From contig OZ024766.1 of assembly GCA_964016885.1 (NCBI GenBank), positions 16,554,001-16,618,000 on the forward strand: a DNA stretch of 64,000 nt, read 5' to 3'. Made by a program: the position numbers and the translations under genes. Source of the stretch: Eledone cirrhosa. Taxonomy: Eukaryota. Every line of letters begins with the position of its first letter. Position 1 is the stretch's first letter. The notes beneath the pieces are model-generated. The model worked only from the letters and a program-made list of their open reading frames with translations. It did not search any database and was not told where the DNA came from. Below, one piece after another: positions 1 to 11,179 of this stretch.

Positions 1-833
1 TAAATAAGACAGCCATGGACACCTGTATGACAACTGACATTGGAAGAAGGGACTAGAAGGAACAGTCACTGGAGTAGCCAGTTAAATAAGACAACCATGG
101 ACACCTGTATGACAACTGACATTGGAAGAAGAGACTAGAAAGAGCAATCACTGGAGTAGCTAGTTAAATAAGACAGCCATGGACACCTGTATGACAACTG
201 ACATTGGAAGAGACTAGGAGTAGTCACTGGAGTAGCTAGTTGTATAAGACAGCCATGGACTCCTGTATGACAAATGACATTGGAAGAAGGGATTAGAAGG
301 AGCAGTCACTAGAGTAGCCAGTTAAATAAGACAGCCATGGACTCCTGTATGACAACTGACATTGGTAGAAGAGACTAGAAGGAGCAGTCACTGGAGTAGC
401 CAGTTAAATAAGACAGCCATGGACACCTGTATGGCAACTGACATTGGAAGAAGGCACTAGAAGGGGCAGTCACTGGAGTAGCCAGTTAAATAAGACAGCC
501 ATGGACTCCTGTATGACAACTAACATTGGAAGAAGAGATTAGAAGGAGCAGTCACTGGAGTAACCAGTTAAATAAGACAGCCATGGACACCTGTATGGCA
601 ATTGATATTGGAAGAAGAGACTAGAAGGGGCAGTCACTGGAGTAGCTAGTTAAATAAGACAGCCATGGACACCTGTATGACAACTGACATTGGAAGAAGA
701 GACTAGAAGGGGCAGTCACTGGAGTAGCCAGTTAAATAAGACAGTCATGGACACCTGTATGACAACTGACATTGGAAGAAGAGACTAGAAGGGGCAGTCA
801 CTGGAGTAGCCAGTTAAATAAGACAGCCATGGA
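1..833 (+). repeat. 82-bp Helitron-derived satellite (~10 copies, window-truncated)
   Basis: taaataagacagccatgg recurs at 1 and 83 (period 82). Confidence 0.95.
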
Positions 834-1270
834 TATATATATATATCAACTAGAAATTGATTGACATATAAATAAACATATGAAACAATCACAGGGGATA
901 ATTTGTAAAAGTGTGTAAGCACACATAGCTAGGTAGGTAACTAAATAAAGTTTAACTAGAACTTCAAAAATAGATACCTTAGAAAACGATTAATCTTCCT
1001 TGTCTATATTCCATTAAAGAAATATATTTCACCAATTAATCGATTGGTAAACGACAGTAGCCAGATCTTGGATTCTCAACCAGGAAGAAGTCCAACCATC
1101 TGTGTTTACGCATCAAGTTCAAATCAGCGACTGACCAGTAACACGTGCTGTATCTACTAAATATACACACATCATACCAGCTTCGTCCCAGTGGCGTGAA
1201 TAGGGTTATTGACTACTAGAAACAGCAGTCAGGTCCTTTCAACAGGAGTTAGCTCTACAATTAAGAGGCC

Positions 1271-1500
1271 GTATTTATATATATATTTCCAAAATTAAGA
1301 TAAATTAAAATAAAATTAATCTAAATCAAATTATGGGTGTAATGCCAGAAAGACATGCACCATATCACCCGTAAAATAAGCTCCATGGAGCTTATTTTAC
1401 GGGTGATATGTCACATGTCTTTCTGGCATGACTCCCATAATTTGATTTACATTAATTTTATGTTAATTTATCTTAATTTTGGATATATATATATAAATAC
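1271..1500. repeat. 230-bp palindrome without spacer
   Basis: Centre ctccatggag (1381-1390); arms pair out to gtatttatat/atataaatac with scattered mismatches. Confidence 0.9.
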
Positions 1501-1786
1501 AGAGAAAGAGAAGAGTAGACAAACAGACAATGACAAAGAAGAGGAATTAACCACCCCAGTATTTCACTGGTATTTCATTTATTGGCCTCAAAATATCGAA
1601 GCAAATTTACCTCAGTAGGATTTGTACTCTGAGAACTAGAACAGACACTGAAAATATATCAAGATGTGCACACATGTATATAAGAACACATATAAACATA
1701 CACATACATATATACACACACACATATACACAAATACAGATAATCATTTTCATGGACAGAAACTTCTACACACTGACATATACACT

Positions 1787-1823
<37 letters not shown>

Positions 1824-1828
<5 letters not shown>

Positions 1829-1946
1829 AAAATGTTTAACCCCGATGGCAGAGCTCAAGCCATTTCGACGGTTATTTCTGGACTGTTTCCAGAAATAGCC
1901 GTCGAAACGGATTGAGCTCTGCCGTCGGGGTTAAACATTTTCCTAT
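1824..1946. repeat. 123-bp fold-back hairpin next to (TA)n
   Basis: ataggaaaatgtttaacccc...ggggttaaacattttcctat, loop ctgtt. Confidence 0.9.
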
Positions 1947-2273
1947 TACCCGCTCTACTACCCTAAGTATCGAGTACTCTGGTGCGTATATGGTCCATCT
2001 GGTTCTTTACCACACTTCCTTTGTCATATATATATAAAATTATAAGAAACGAAAGGAGCTGTGTGGTTACTGTAAACAAATTTTAAGATGGTAATATGGA
2101 TGAAAGGAGAGAAGAAACCCTTCATCAGCTGTAAACCGAGATCATAGATGTTTTGGCACATATATATATATACAGTGTTTGTAAATTCTGTACCATACAG
2201 ATTTGTCCGCATAAGTCTTGGTTACAACTTCTACTAATAAAATGAAAGGAGAATAATTTCAGAACAAACAAGT

Positions 2274-2279
2274 TTTATT
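2274..2279 (-). terminator. Putative poly(A) signal AATAAA of ZF-A1
   Basis: tttatt is conserved at the equivalent site in all six units, with a U-rich tract downstream on the minus strand. No transcript evidence. Confidence 0.45.
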
Positions 2280-2379
2280 GAAAACATTAACAACATTGGT
2301 GGCACTATTTTGGGTGAGTGACATGGTTTTTATCTTGTCTGATTGTGTTTGTGTAACATTAAGTAACCTTATGTTGGTA

Positions 2380-3300
2380 CCACAACATTTAGAAAATGAT
2401 TTGCCACAGACATCACAATTATATGGTTCCTCTCCTGTATATGTTAGTGTCTAGTGAAGTCACAACATATAGAGAAGGATTTATCACAGACATCACAGTG
2501 ATATGGTTCCTCTCCTGTATATGTTAGTGTGTAGTGAAGCCACAATATTTAGAGAAGGATTTATCACAGACATCACAGTGATATGGTTCCTCTCCTGTAT
2601 GTTAGTTTCTAGTGAAGTCACAACATTTAGAGAATGATTTACCACAGACATCACAGTGATATGGTTCCTCTCCTGTATATGTTAGTGTCTAGTGAAGTCA
2701 CAACATTTAGAGAAGGATTTATCACAGACATCACAGTGATATAGTTCCTCTCCTGTATATGTTAGTGTCTAGAGAAACCACAACATTTAGAGAATGATTT
2801 ACCACAGACATCACAGTGATAAGGTTCCTCTCCTGTATATGTTAGTGTGTAGTGAAGCCACAACATTTAGAGAATGATTTACTACAGACATCACAGTGAT
2901 ATGGTTCCTCTCCTGTATATGTTAGTGTGTAGTGAAGCCACATTTAGAGAATGATTTACTGCAAATATCACAGTGATATGGTTCCTTTTCTGTAAATGTT
3001 AGTGCTGAGTGAAGTGACTTATTTCAGAGAATGATTTCCCACAGATATCACAGTGATATGGTTTCTCTCCTGTATATATATCTTTCTGCCTAGTTAAGCT
3101 AGCTTTTATAGATAACAATTTCTCACAGATATCACAGTAATATGGCTTTTCTCCAGTATATATTTATGTTTGTATGTAGTTAATGTAGCAATACAAGAGA
3201 ATAATTTCTCCACAATATCACAGTGGTATGGCTTCTCACTCATATGAATGTATTTGTGTCTAATTAATTTACAATTTTGAGACAATGAGATATGACTTTG
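2380..3300 (-). repeat. Degenerate ZF repeats 3' of the stop, including an 80-bp pseudo-finger array (~7 copies)
   Basis: Period 80 (2401/2481). Minus strand reads [24 protein letters not shown] with a frameshift in each unit. Confidence 0.9.
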
Positions 3301-5082
3301 TTATGGTCTCTTACCTGTATGGGTATATTTGTGTTTAGTTAAACTACTTAATTGAGAGAATGATTTACCACAGATATCACAGCGATATGGCTTCTCTACT
3401 GTATGTATACGTTTGTGTCTAGTTAAGGTACCACTTTCAGAGAATGATTTACCACAGATATCACAGTGATATGGGTTCTCTCCTGTATGTATACGTTTGT
3501 GGCTAGTTAAGGTACAACTTTGAAAGAATGATTTACCACAGATATGACAGTGATATGGGTTCTCTCCTGTATGTATACGTTTGTGGCTAGTTAAGGTACA
3601 ACTTTGAGAGAATGATTTACCACAGATATCACAGTGATATGGCTTGTCTCCTGTATGGGGACGTATGTGGCTAGTTAAGGGACCACTTAGAGAGAATGAT
3701 TTACCACAGATATCACAGCGATATGGCTTCTCTACTGTATGTATACGTTTGTGTCTAGTTAAGCTACCACTTTCAGAGAATGATTTACCACAGATATCAC
3801 AGTGATATGGCTTGTCTCCAGTATGGGTACGTATGTGGCTAGTTAAGTTACCACTTTCAGAGAATGTTTTACCACAGATATCACAGTGATATGGCTTATC
3901 ACCTGTATGGGTACGGATGTGACGAGTTAATATACTACTTCGAGAGAATGATTTACCACAGATATCACAGTGATATGGGTTCTCTCCTGTATGTATACGT
4001 TTGTGGCTAGTTAAGGTACAACTTTGAGAGAATGATTTACCACAGATATCACAGTGATATGGCTTGTCTCCTGTATGGGTACGTATGTGGCTAGTTAAGG
4101 GACCACTTAGAGAGAATGATTTACCACAGATATCACAGCGATATGGCTTCTCTACTGTATGTATACGTTTGTGTCTAGTTAAGCTACCACTTTCAGAGAA
4201 TGATTTACCACAGATATCACAGTGATATGGCTTGTCTCCAGTATGGGTACGTATGTGGCTAGTTAAGTTACCACTTTCAGAGAATGTTTTACCACAGATA
4301 TCACAGTGATATGGCTTCTCTCCTGTATGGGTACGTTTGTGGCTAGTTAAGCCAGGACTTTGAGAGAATGATTTACCACAGATATCACAGTGATATGGCT
4401 TCTCTCCTGTATGTATACGTTTGTGGCTAGTTAAGTTACCACTTTCAGAGAATGATTTCCCACAGATATCACAGTGATATGGGTTCTCTCCTGTATGTAT
4501 ACGTTTGTGGCTAGTTAAGGTACAACTTTGAGAGAATGATTTACCACAGATATCACAGTGATATGGGTTCTCTCCTGTATGTATATGTTTGTGGCTAGTT
4601 AAGGTACAACTTTGAGAGAATGATTTACCACAGATATCACAGTGATATGGTTCGTCATCTGTATGGGTACGTATGTGAAAAGTTAATATACTACTTAGAG
4701 AGAATGATTTACCACAGATATCACAGCGATATGGCTTCTCACCTGTATGTGTCCGTTTGTGGCCAGTTAAGTGACTACTTTGAGAGAATGATTTACCACA
4801 GATATCACAGTGGTATGGCTTCTCTCCTGTATGGGTACGTATGTGACAAGTTAATTTACTCCTAACAGAGAATGATTTAACACAGATATCACAGTGGTAT
4901 GGCTTCTCTCCGGTATGTGTACGTTTGTGGCTTGTTAAATTACCCTTAACAAAGAATGATTTACCACAGACATCACAGTGAAATGGCTTCTCTCCTTTAT
5001 CCTTTGACATCTCTTCTGTAATAGCCATATCTTTAGACATTGTTTCACATTTAATCTTCTTTTCACTCAATATATTTTCCAT
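3301..5082 (-). CDS. C2H2 zinc-finger protein A1, 20 fingers
   Basis: 593 aa = 33-aa leader + 20x28-aa CxxC-x12-HxxxH fingers with TGEKP-type linkers. Confidence 0.95.
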   Translation of the reverse strand: MENILSEKKIKCETMSKDMAITEEMSKDKGEKPFHCDVCGKSFFVKGNLTSHKRTHTGEKPYHCDICVKSFSVRSKLTCHIRTHTGEKPYHCDICGKSFSQSSHLTGHKRTHTGEKPYRCDICGKSFSLSSILTFHIRTHTDDEPYHCDICGKSFSQSCTLTSHKHIHTGENPYHCDICGKSFSQSCTLTSHKRIHTGENPYHCDICGKSFSESGNLTSHKRIHTGEKPYHCDICGKSFSQSPGLTSHKRTHTGEKPYHCDICGKTFSESGNLTSHIRTHTGDKPYHCDICGKSFSESGSLTRHKRIHTVEKPYRCDICGKSFSLSGPLTSHIRTHTGDKPYHCDICGKSFSQSCTLTSHKRIHTGENPYHCDICGKSFSRSSILTRHIRTHTGDKPYHCDICGKTFSESGNLTSHIRTHTGDKPYHCDICGKSFSESGSLTRHKRIHTVEKPYRCDICGKSFSLSGPLTSHIRPHTGDKPYHCDICGKSFSQSCTLTSHKRIHTGENPYHCHICGKSFFQSCTLTSHKRIHTGENPYHCDICGKSFSESGTLTRHKRIHTVEKPYRCDICGKSFSQLSSLTKHKYTHTGKRP

Positions 5083-5323
5083 AATAATTCTTCTTCCCTT
5101 GGCAGAATTTACAGATGTTATTCTTTAATATTTTTTATATTATAGTCCTAAAAAATATTTCTTCTGTTATATTTCCCTCAATTATGATCTCAGTTAATAT
5201 CTGAAATGATCAAACTTCTTTGTCATTGAAGTTGAGTTAAAATACAAAATATATCTCTCATATATACACCACACAGTGAAGAAAAGGAATTTTGTCTTTA
5301 AACTCAGTTCTGAGGAAATATAT

Positions 5324-5557
5324 CACAGTAATTCTGATTGATTTTTATAAACAGTGTTATATAAGTTCTGTTTAAAAAGTTTTAATCTTCAAATGATGAT
5401 AAATAGAGGTGATGTATCCAAGATTGAAAACAATAATTTTCACAGTAATTCTGATAGATTTATATAAACAGTGTTATATAAGTTCTGTTTAAAAAGTTTT
5501 AATCTTCAAATGATGATAAATAGAGGTGATGTATCCAAGATTGAAAATAATAATTTA
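5324..5557. repeat. 117-bp tandem duplication in putative 5' UTR, A-type units only
   Basis: cacagtaattctga at 5324 and 5441; also at ~25526-25759; single copy in B, C and D. Confidence 0.85.
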
Positions 5558-5713
5558 TCCTAATGTCATCTTATATTCTGAAATGAAAAAGAAACAGTAT
5601 GAGATAATAGAGAATACTTAAGAAGCAGAGATAGATTTAACAGTGGAAATTTTACATCTATAAACCCTGGAAACTTTTTATTGAAAAATCAAATTATTTT
5701 AGTTTTTAATTAG

Positions 5714-6090
5714 TTACAAGAAATCTTTCTCCACACCTGCAACCATGAGTGTATCTGGGGTTCTTTTCTCTTCAGAGAGATGGATCCTCATGAGGTGGAG
5801 AGAATACTTTGCTGATCTCCCAAACCCGATCACAACAGCATCTTCGGATGTACATGAGGTGAATCTGATAGCGGTGACTAATCTCTCGGGGGCTGAGGTC
5901 ACAAGAGCAATTAAAGAGCTCAAATGTGACCAACTCATGTGTGTCAGATGGACTGGGTCTCTGAAATGGCACTCGGGAGTGATAATCCCAATTTATAAAA
6001 AGGGAGACACGAGAGATTGTTCCAAATAGAGAGGGATCACCTTGTTAAGCCTCCCTGGTAAAGTATATGCTAAGTTTCTGGCAAAGTGAT
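5714..6090 (+). pseudogene. Decayed RTE-clade RT fragment
   Basis: RWREYF..EVTRAIKELK..VIIPIYKKGD.RDCSK*RGITLLSLPGKVYAK. Confidence 0.8.
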
Positions 6091-6097
6091 TTGCCAG

Positions 6098-6270
6098 AAC
6101 ACAAGACCAGCAATTACCCAGTACATTACTGGTACTTTATTTTATCGACCCCATATGGATGTAAGGCAAAGTTAACCTCGGCGGGATTTGAACTCAGATC
6201 ATAAAGGGACGTAACTCTGTGCTTCAAAGCATGGTGTCCGACTCTCTACCGATACTGCCACTTCACTATG
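6098..6270 (-). mobile_element. tRNA-derived SINE
   Basis: A-box-like TGGCAGTATCGG, B-box GAGTTCAAATCC and body ctttgccttacatcc..gggtcgataaaataaagtaccag. Copies at ~18257-18447, 26298-26470, 38373-38557, 50200-50390 and 60125-60317. Confidence 0.75.
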
Positions 6271-6620
6271 AATGTTAATCCTGACATTGCTGACTGCTCT
6301 TCTATACATGGCTTTATGATCCTCTATACAAGACATGTATCAGACGGTTATTCAGCTAGCTCTTTAGAGTATTAGAACCTTATTATGTACAGCCACCGAC
6401 ATCCCACACCAACAGATGTCCCTTCACCATCAAAGCAGTGCCCTGAAATACAGATACTCAACCCCTACTTGGATGGCTAACTCAAACATAATTATAATGA
6501 AATGAAACCCACAATAAAGTAATGTTCAACCATAAGTAGATGAAGTTAATTAAATTGTAAGAGATTTAGAATAAAATAGACAAAATATTAATTTACTTGA
6601 ATTAAATAGACGTTTAAATT

Positions 6621-6890
6621 TACATAATTAAATAGACGGAGGTAATTTAGATAATAAATATATCTTTAATTTACTTAAAGCAATAACAAGGTACAGCTAA
6701 ATATAAACTATATTTTATAATGTAAGGTAGTGAACAAGATAATTAAATAGACGGAGGTAATTTAAATAATAAATATAGCTTTAACTTACTTAAAGCAATA
6801 ACAAGGTACAGCTAAATATAAACTATATTTTATAATGTAAGGTAGTGAACAAGATAATTAAATAGACGGAGGTAATTTAAATAATAAAGA
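6621..6890. repeat. 115-bp AT-rich tandem repeat (~2.3 copies)
   Basis: aatagacggagg at 6631, 6746 and 6861. Confidence 0.9.
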
Positions 6891-7633
6891 CAGTCATAAC
6901 AATATATTTTATATCACATGTAACAGTGGAATCTGGTTAATTACTGAATCGTTGAAGGGTTCACATAATTATATTATTTACACACATTAATATAGACATT
7001 AAGTAAATCTTTGTCAACTTACCTCCTTCACATATAATCAATGTATTGTGTTGTTAGTTGTTACTAAACAACCAAAGAAATAATCTCTTTGTTATCAAAT
7101 TAGAAGTTTCAATGTTATCAGCTTTATTTCACGACATTAACGTTGGTGTATCTTCTTCATCTTTAGTCATAAATTGATATCTTCTCAGAATGAAGTAGTG
7201 AGGCTGACTTTATGTCTTTAGCTACAGATTTGATAGGAAATATATATATATTAGGTTGATATGTGGTCTAAAATATATATATTGTCTATAAATGACTGAT
7301 AGCAGATGTTCTGGTAAAATAGTAGTTTTACTACTACAGATTGTAATGGAACTCTTAGTAGACACAATTGTAAAGTAAGAATAGATATGACAGTGTAAGA
7401 CTGATGTCGGGGAATTAAAATTGTGTGTATATATATATATATAATTGTTACACAAGATATAATTAGATTAATTAAAGTTATAACGAAGACAGCAGGTACT
7501 CGGCGTCTTAGCGAATGTTTCAACACTCGTACCGGTGTCAAACGTTAAAAGTCCCTGACATAATTTAATACCTTCAGACACATTTCCAGTCGTATTTAAT
7601 TCTATGGTGATGTGATTTATTAAAAAGAAATGT

Positions 7634-8010
7634 GATAATTGTTTCTATTTTTTGGCACAAGGCCAGCAATTACTGGTACTATATTTAATCAACCCCGTAA
7701 TAACTGTTTCTACTTTAGGCACAAGGCCAGCAATTACTCCAGTGTATTACTGGTACTTTATTTTATCGACCCCATAATAATTGTTTCTACTTTAGGCACA
7801 AGGCCAGCAATTACCCCAGTGTATTACTGGTACTTTATTTTATCGACCCCATAATAATTGTTTCTACTTTAGGCACAAGGCCAGCAATTACTCCAGTGTA
7901 TGACTGGTACTTTATTTTATCGACCCCGTAATAATTGTTTCTACTTTAGGCACAAGGCCAGCAATTACCCTAGTACATTACTGGTACTTTATAATACCGA
8001 CCCCGTAGGG
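7634..8010. repeat. 77-bp tandem repeat of a SINE 3' segment (~5 copies)
   Basis: ttgtttctac at 7781, 7858 and 7935; unit matches the intronic SINE tail. Confidence 0.88.
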
Positions 8011-8059
8011 ATGAAAGGCAAAGCTAACCTCTGAGGGATTAACTTTGCTTTTCATCCTT

Positions 8060-9190
8060 ATCTCTATACATATAGGAAATGGACAGAGTGTGTACTTCAC
8101 TGAAACCACTGCTCATCAGTTGACACCAGCACCACCTGACACTACTCTAACTGCTTTTTTGAAACACTGCCAGAATAAAGAATTTGTTCGATCCCTCCTA
8201 TATGCTGACATCCCAAAATACTACACCTGGACCAATTGTAAGACTTGGAATCAAAGGAAGCAGGGTCATTTAGTGGAAGGGATGAAGTCAAGGAAAGTGA
8301 TGCTATTGTGCATGTTTACAATGACCACCCCAACAACAGAGAGAGTTTTTATTTACAGCCACTTCTGCATATTGTTCAAGGACCAACGTCATTTGAGGAT
8401 CTCAGGTGATTTGGTGGAAGAGTGCAGCACATACCAAGAAGCATCTAAAGAACATCAACTCCTGCATGGCAATTGACATTGGAAGAAGAGACAAGAAGGG
8501 GCAGTCACTGGAGTAGCCAGTTAAATAAGACAGCCATGGACACCTGTATGACAACTGACATTGGAAGAAGAGACTAGAAGGAGCAGTCACTGGAGTAGCC
8601 AGTTAAATAAGACAGCCATGGACTCCTGTATGCCGACTGACATTGGAAGAATGGACTTGAAGGAACAGTCACTGGAGTAGCCAGTTAAATAAGACAACCA
8701 TGGACTCCTGTATGACAACTGAGATTGGAAGAAGAGACTAGAAGGAGCAGTCACTGGAGTAGCCAGTTAAAAAAGACAGCCATGGACTCCTGTATGACAA
8801 CTGAGATTGGAAGAAGGGACTAGAAGGAGCAGTCACTGTGGTAGCCAGTTAAATAAGACAGCCATGGACTCCTGTATGACAACTGACATTGGAAGAAGTG
8901 ACTAGAAGGAGCAGTCACTGGAGTAGCCAGTTAAATAAAACAGCCATGGACTCCTGTATGACAACTGACATTGGAAGGAGAGACTAGGAGCAGTCACTGG
9001 AGTGGCCAGTTAAATAAGACAGTTGTTTGCTACTATACTCACAGCATGTGGAATAAATCTCATCTACCCTGGCAGGAGCACAAAAACAATATGTCAGACG
9101 ACTATCTACACCTAGCCCAAAGACGTTATAGCAATATTTATGTGGAATCTACCTCCAGGATTTACAATCAACCTCTGTGCAACCTGTCCC
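8060..9190 (+). pseudogene. Helitron RepHel fragment interrupted by 82-bp satellite
   Basis: H.ENGQSVYFTE..PPDTTLTAF..LLYADIPKYYTW..W..RKQG..HPNNRESFYL..LLHIVQGPTSFEDLR, then IRQLFATILTAC..NMSDDYL..IYN. These resemble, from memory, the region between the Rep and PIF1 helicase domains. Confidence 0.85.
8462..9021 (+). repeat. 82-bp satellite (~7 copies)
   Basis: Same unit as 1-833. Confidence 0.95.
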
Positions 9191-9377
9191 ATTGAATTCC
9201 AGCAATGAATAGCAATGCGGGATGCCAGAGCCAGAAGAAATTGAGGTAACACAATCAGTTTTTCAGGAGACAAACCATGATATTGAAGTGTTGTGTAAGT
9301 TTGTGGATGAAAATAAACCTTGACTGGTGGATAACCAGAAATATGCCTACCACAACATCTTGAAAAACATTCAACAT

Positions 9378-9505
9378 GACAGCACCCAGCACTTACTGTA
9401 AATGAGGTTGCCATTAGGAAGGGTATCCAGCCACAATCAGTTCCCGCACCACCCTTCCAAGCAGGGAAAAAGCGGACGTGAAATGAAATGATGATGAATG
9501 ATGAT
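9378..9505 (+). mobile_element. SINE/RTE-type 3' end with TGA-rich tail
   Basis: gcacccagcac..ttaggaagggtatccagc..gcggacgtgaaatga..tgatga is shared with 11600-11790. An inverted related piece lies at ~9780-9835. Confidence 0.65.
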
Positions 9506-9896
9506 TTTTTCAATAGGGTCACTTTAACGAATCAAAAGATATATAACAGAAAAACAGGCACTAAAATATATTTTCCGTGCTATTTCAAACTTCACCTTTT
9601 CTCTATATATAGAGAGAGAGCGAGAGGACAATTTGTCATGTCTTCATTACATTTATTGAGCAGTGAAGCACGTTTTGCTATCGATCAGCTCAAGGTTTGA
9701 TCTGTATTGATCTAGCCTGACTCTGGAATTAAAAGCTTGTCAGACTTCTGTTGTGGTAATAATGTTACAATCCCTAGATATCATCATCATCGATTAATGT
9801 CTATCTTCCATGCTAGCATGGGTTGGATGGGTTTGTCGTATTTAGAAGCAAGTTAGGTTGGGTGACTGTGTCTCGCTCATATATATATATATATAG

Positions 9897-10303
9897 CAGG
9901 CGCTGCAAAAAAAATCCGGAAACTAACCATGCATCCCAGACATGGCTTCAAATGACCCAGGCGGGCAGGTGCAGCAAACAAACGTTGCATACCTGACCCT
10001 GTGCGTATCGACAATGGTAGGGTTGTAACCATATCTTTTAACAGATAAACAAATTTTCCGGGAAAGACTGCCCTAACACCAGCTAGAGTTACCTCCCTTG
10101 ACCTACTGCAACATCAAAACACGCTTTTTTGCGAAGAATGAACTCTGACGTGAACTTATCTCTAAAAACACATTCTGGGCCATGTAAGGAACACTTTTTA
10201 GTTATTTATACCCTTGAGAAGCCCATCCAGGTGAAAATTACATAGGTGCTATTTTAAATAAACATCTTTTAACGGTCTGTTCTGCTATATTTTACTTTTC
10301 CAC
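9897..10303 (+). mobile_element. (TA)n-flanked insertion, possible Penelope-like pLTR relic
   Basis: Bounded by (TA)n; degenerate hammerhead-like motif at 10210-10248 followed by AATAAA. Confidence 0.35.
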
Positions 10304-11179
10304 GTATATATATATATATTTATATATATATATCAACTAGAAATTGATTGACATATAAATAAACATATGAAACAATCACAGGGGATAATTTGTAAAAGTG
10401 TGTAAGCACACATAGCTAGGTAGGTAACTAAATAAATTTAACTAGAACTTCAAAAATCGATACCTTAGAAAATGATTAATCTTCCTTGTATATATTCCAT
10501 TAAAGAAATATATTTCACCAATTAATCGATTGGTAAACGACAGTAGCCAGATCTTGGATTCTCAACCAGGAAGAAGTCCAACCATCTGTGTTTACGCATC
10601 AAGTTCAAATCAGCGACTGACCAGTAACACGTGCTGTATCTACTAAAAATACACACATCATACCAGCTTCGTCCTAGTTGCGTGAATAGGGTTATTGACA
10701 ACTAGAAACAGCGGTCAGGTCCTTTCAACAGAGTTAGCTCTACAATTAAGGGGCCGTATTTATATATATATATATCCAAAATTAAGATAAATTAAAATAA
10801 AATTAATCTAAATCAAATTATGGGTGTCATACCAAAAAGATATATATATATATATACAGAGAAAGAGAAGAGTAGACAAACAGACAATGACAAAGAAGAG
10901 GAATTAACCACCCCAGTATTTCACTGGTATTTCATTTATTGGCCTCAAAATAGCAAAGCAACTTTACCTCAGTGGGATTTGTACTCTGAGAACTAGAACA
11001 GACACTGAAAATATATCAAGATGTGCACACATGTATATAAGAAAACATATAAACATACACATACATATACACACACATATATATACAAATAAAGATAATC
11101 ATATTCATGGACAGAAATTTCTACTCACTGACATATACACTCATACATATATATAATATATATATAGGAAAATGTTTAA

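Larger units (their letters stand above)
5578..7022 (-). other. Putative 5'-UTR intron of ZF-A1
   Basis: Donor GAG|GTAAGT at 7022 and acceptor tttctttttcatttCAG at 5578; both conserved in all six units. Confidence 0.6.

Noticed and set aside
1-833. CRISPR-like regular repeats (82-bp satellite; ZF scaffold with variable helix)
   Set aside because: No unique spacers and no cas genes; eukaryotic context; explained as a Helitron-derived satellite and ZF coding repeats.
2100-2160. Minus-strand CTGATGA as a hammerhead core
   Set aside because: No downstream stem II and GAAA could be built.
1355-2212. Short ORFs repeated in several units
   Set aside because: They run through palindromes and (TA)/(CA) microsatellites; recurrence reflects duplication only.
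3130-3303. Stop read-through (TAA CAA) into in-frame finger-like sequence
   Set aside because: Downstream fingers lack Cys/His ligands; simple decay is sufficient.
4620-4865. Antisense repetitive ORFs ([10 protein letters not shown]...) over the ZF arrays
   Set aside because: By-product of the 84-bp periodicity.
3301-5082. Assigning PRDM9 or a named ZNF gene symbol
   Set aside because: No SET, KRAB or SSXRD exons are visible; these are lineage-specific paralogs without identifiable orthology.
6195-6270. tRNA gene
   Set aside because: A and B boxes are present but there is no cloverleaf; it continues into a SINE body.
7222-7571. Second upstream intron (acceptor at 7222, donor ~7571) and promoter
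   Set aside because: The acceptor is plausible but the donor is weak and variable; it cannot be supported without transcripts.
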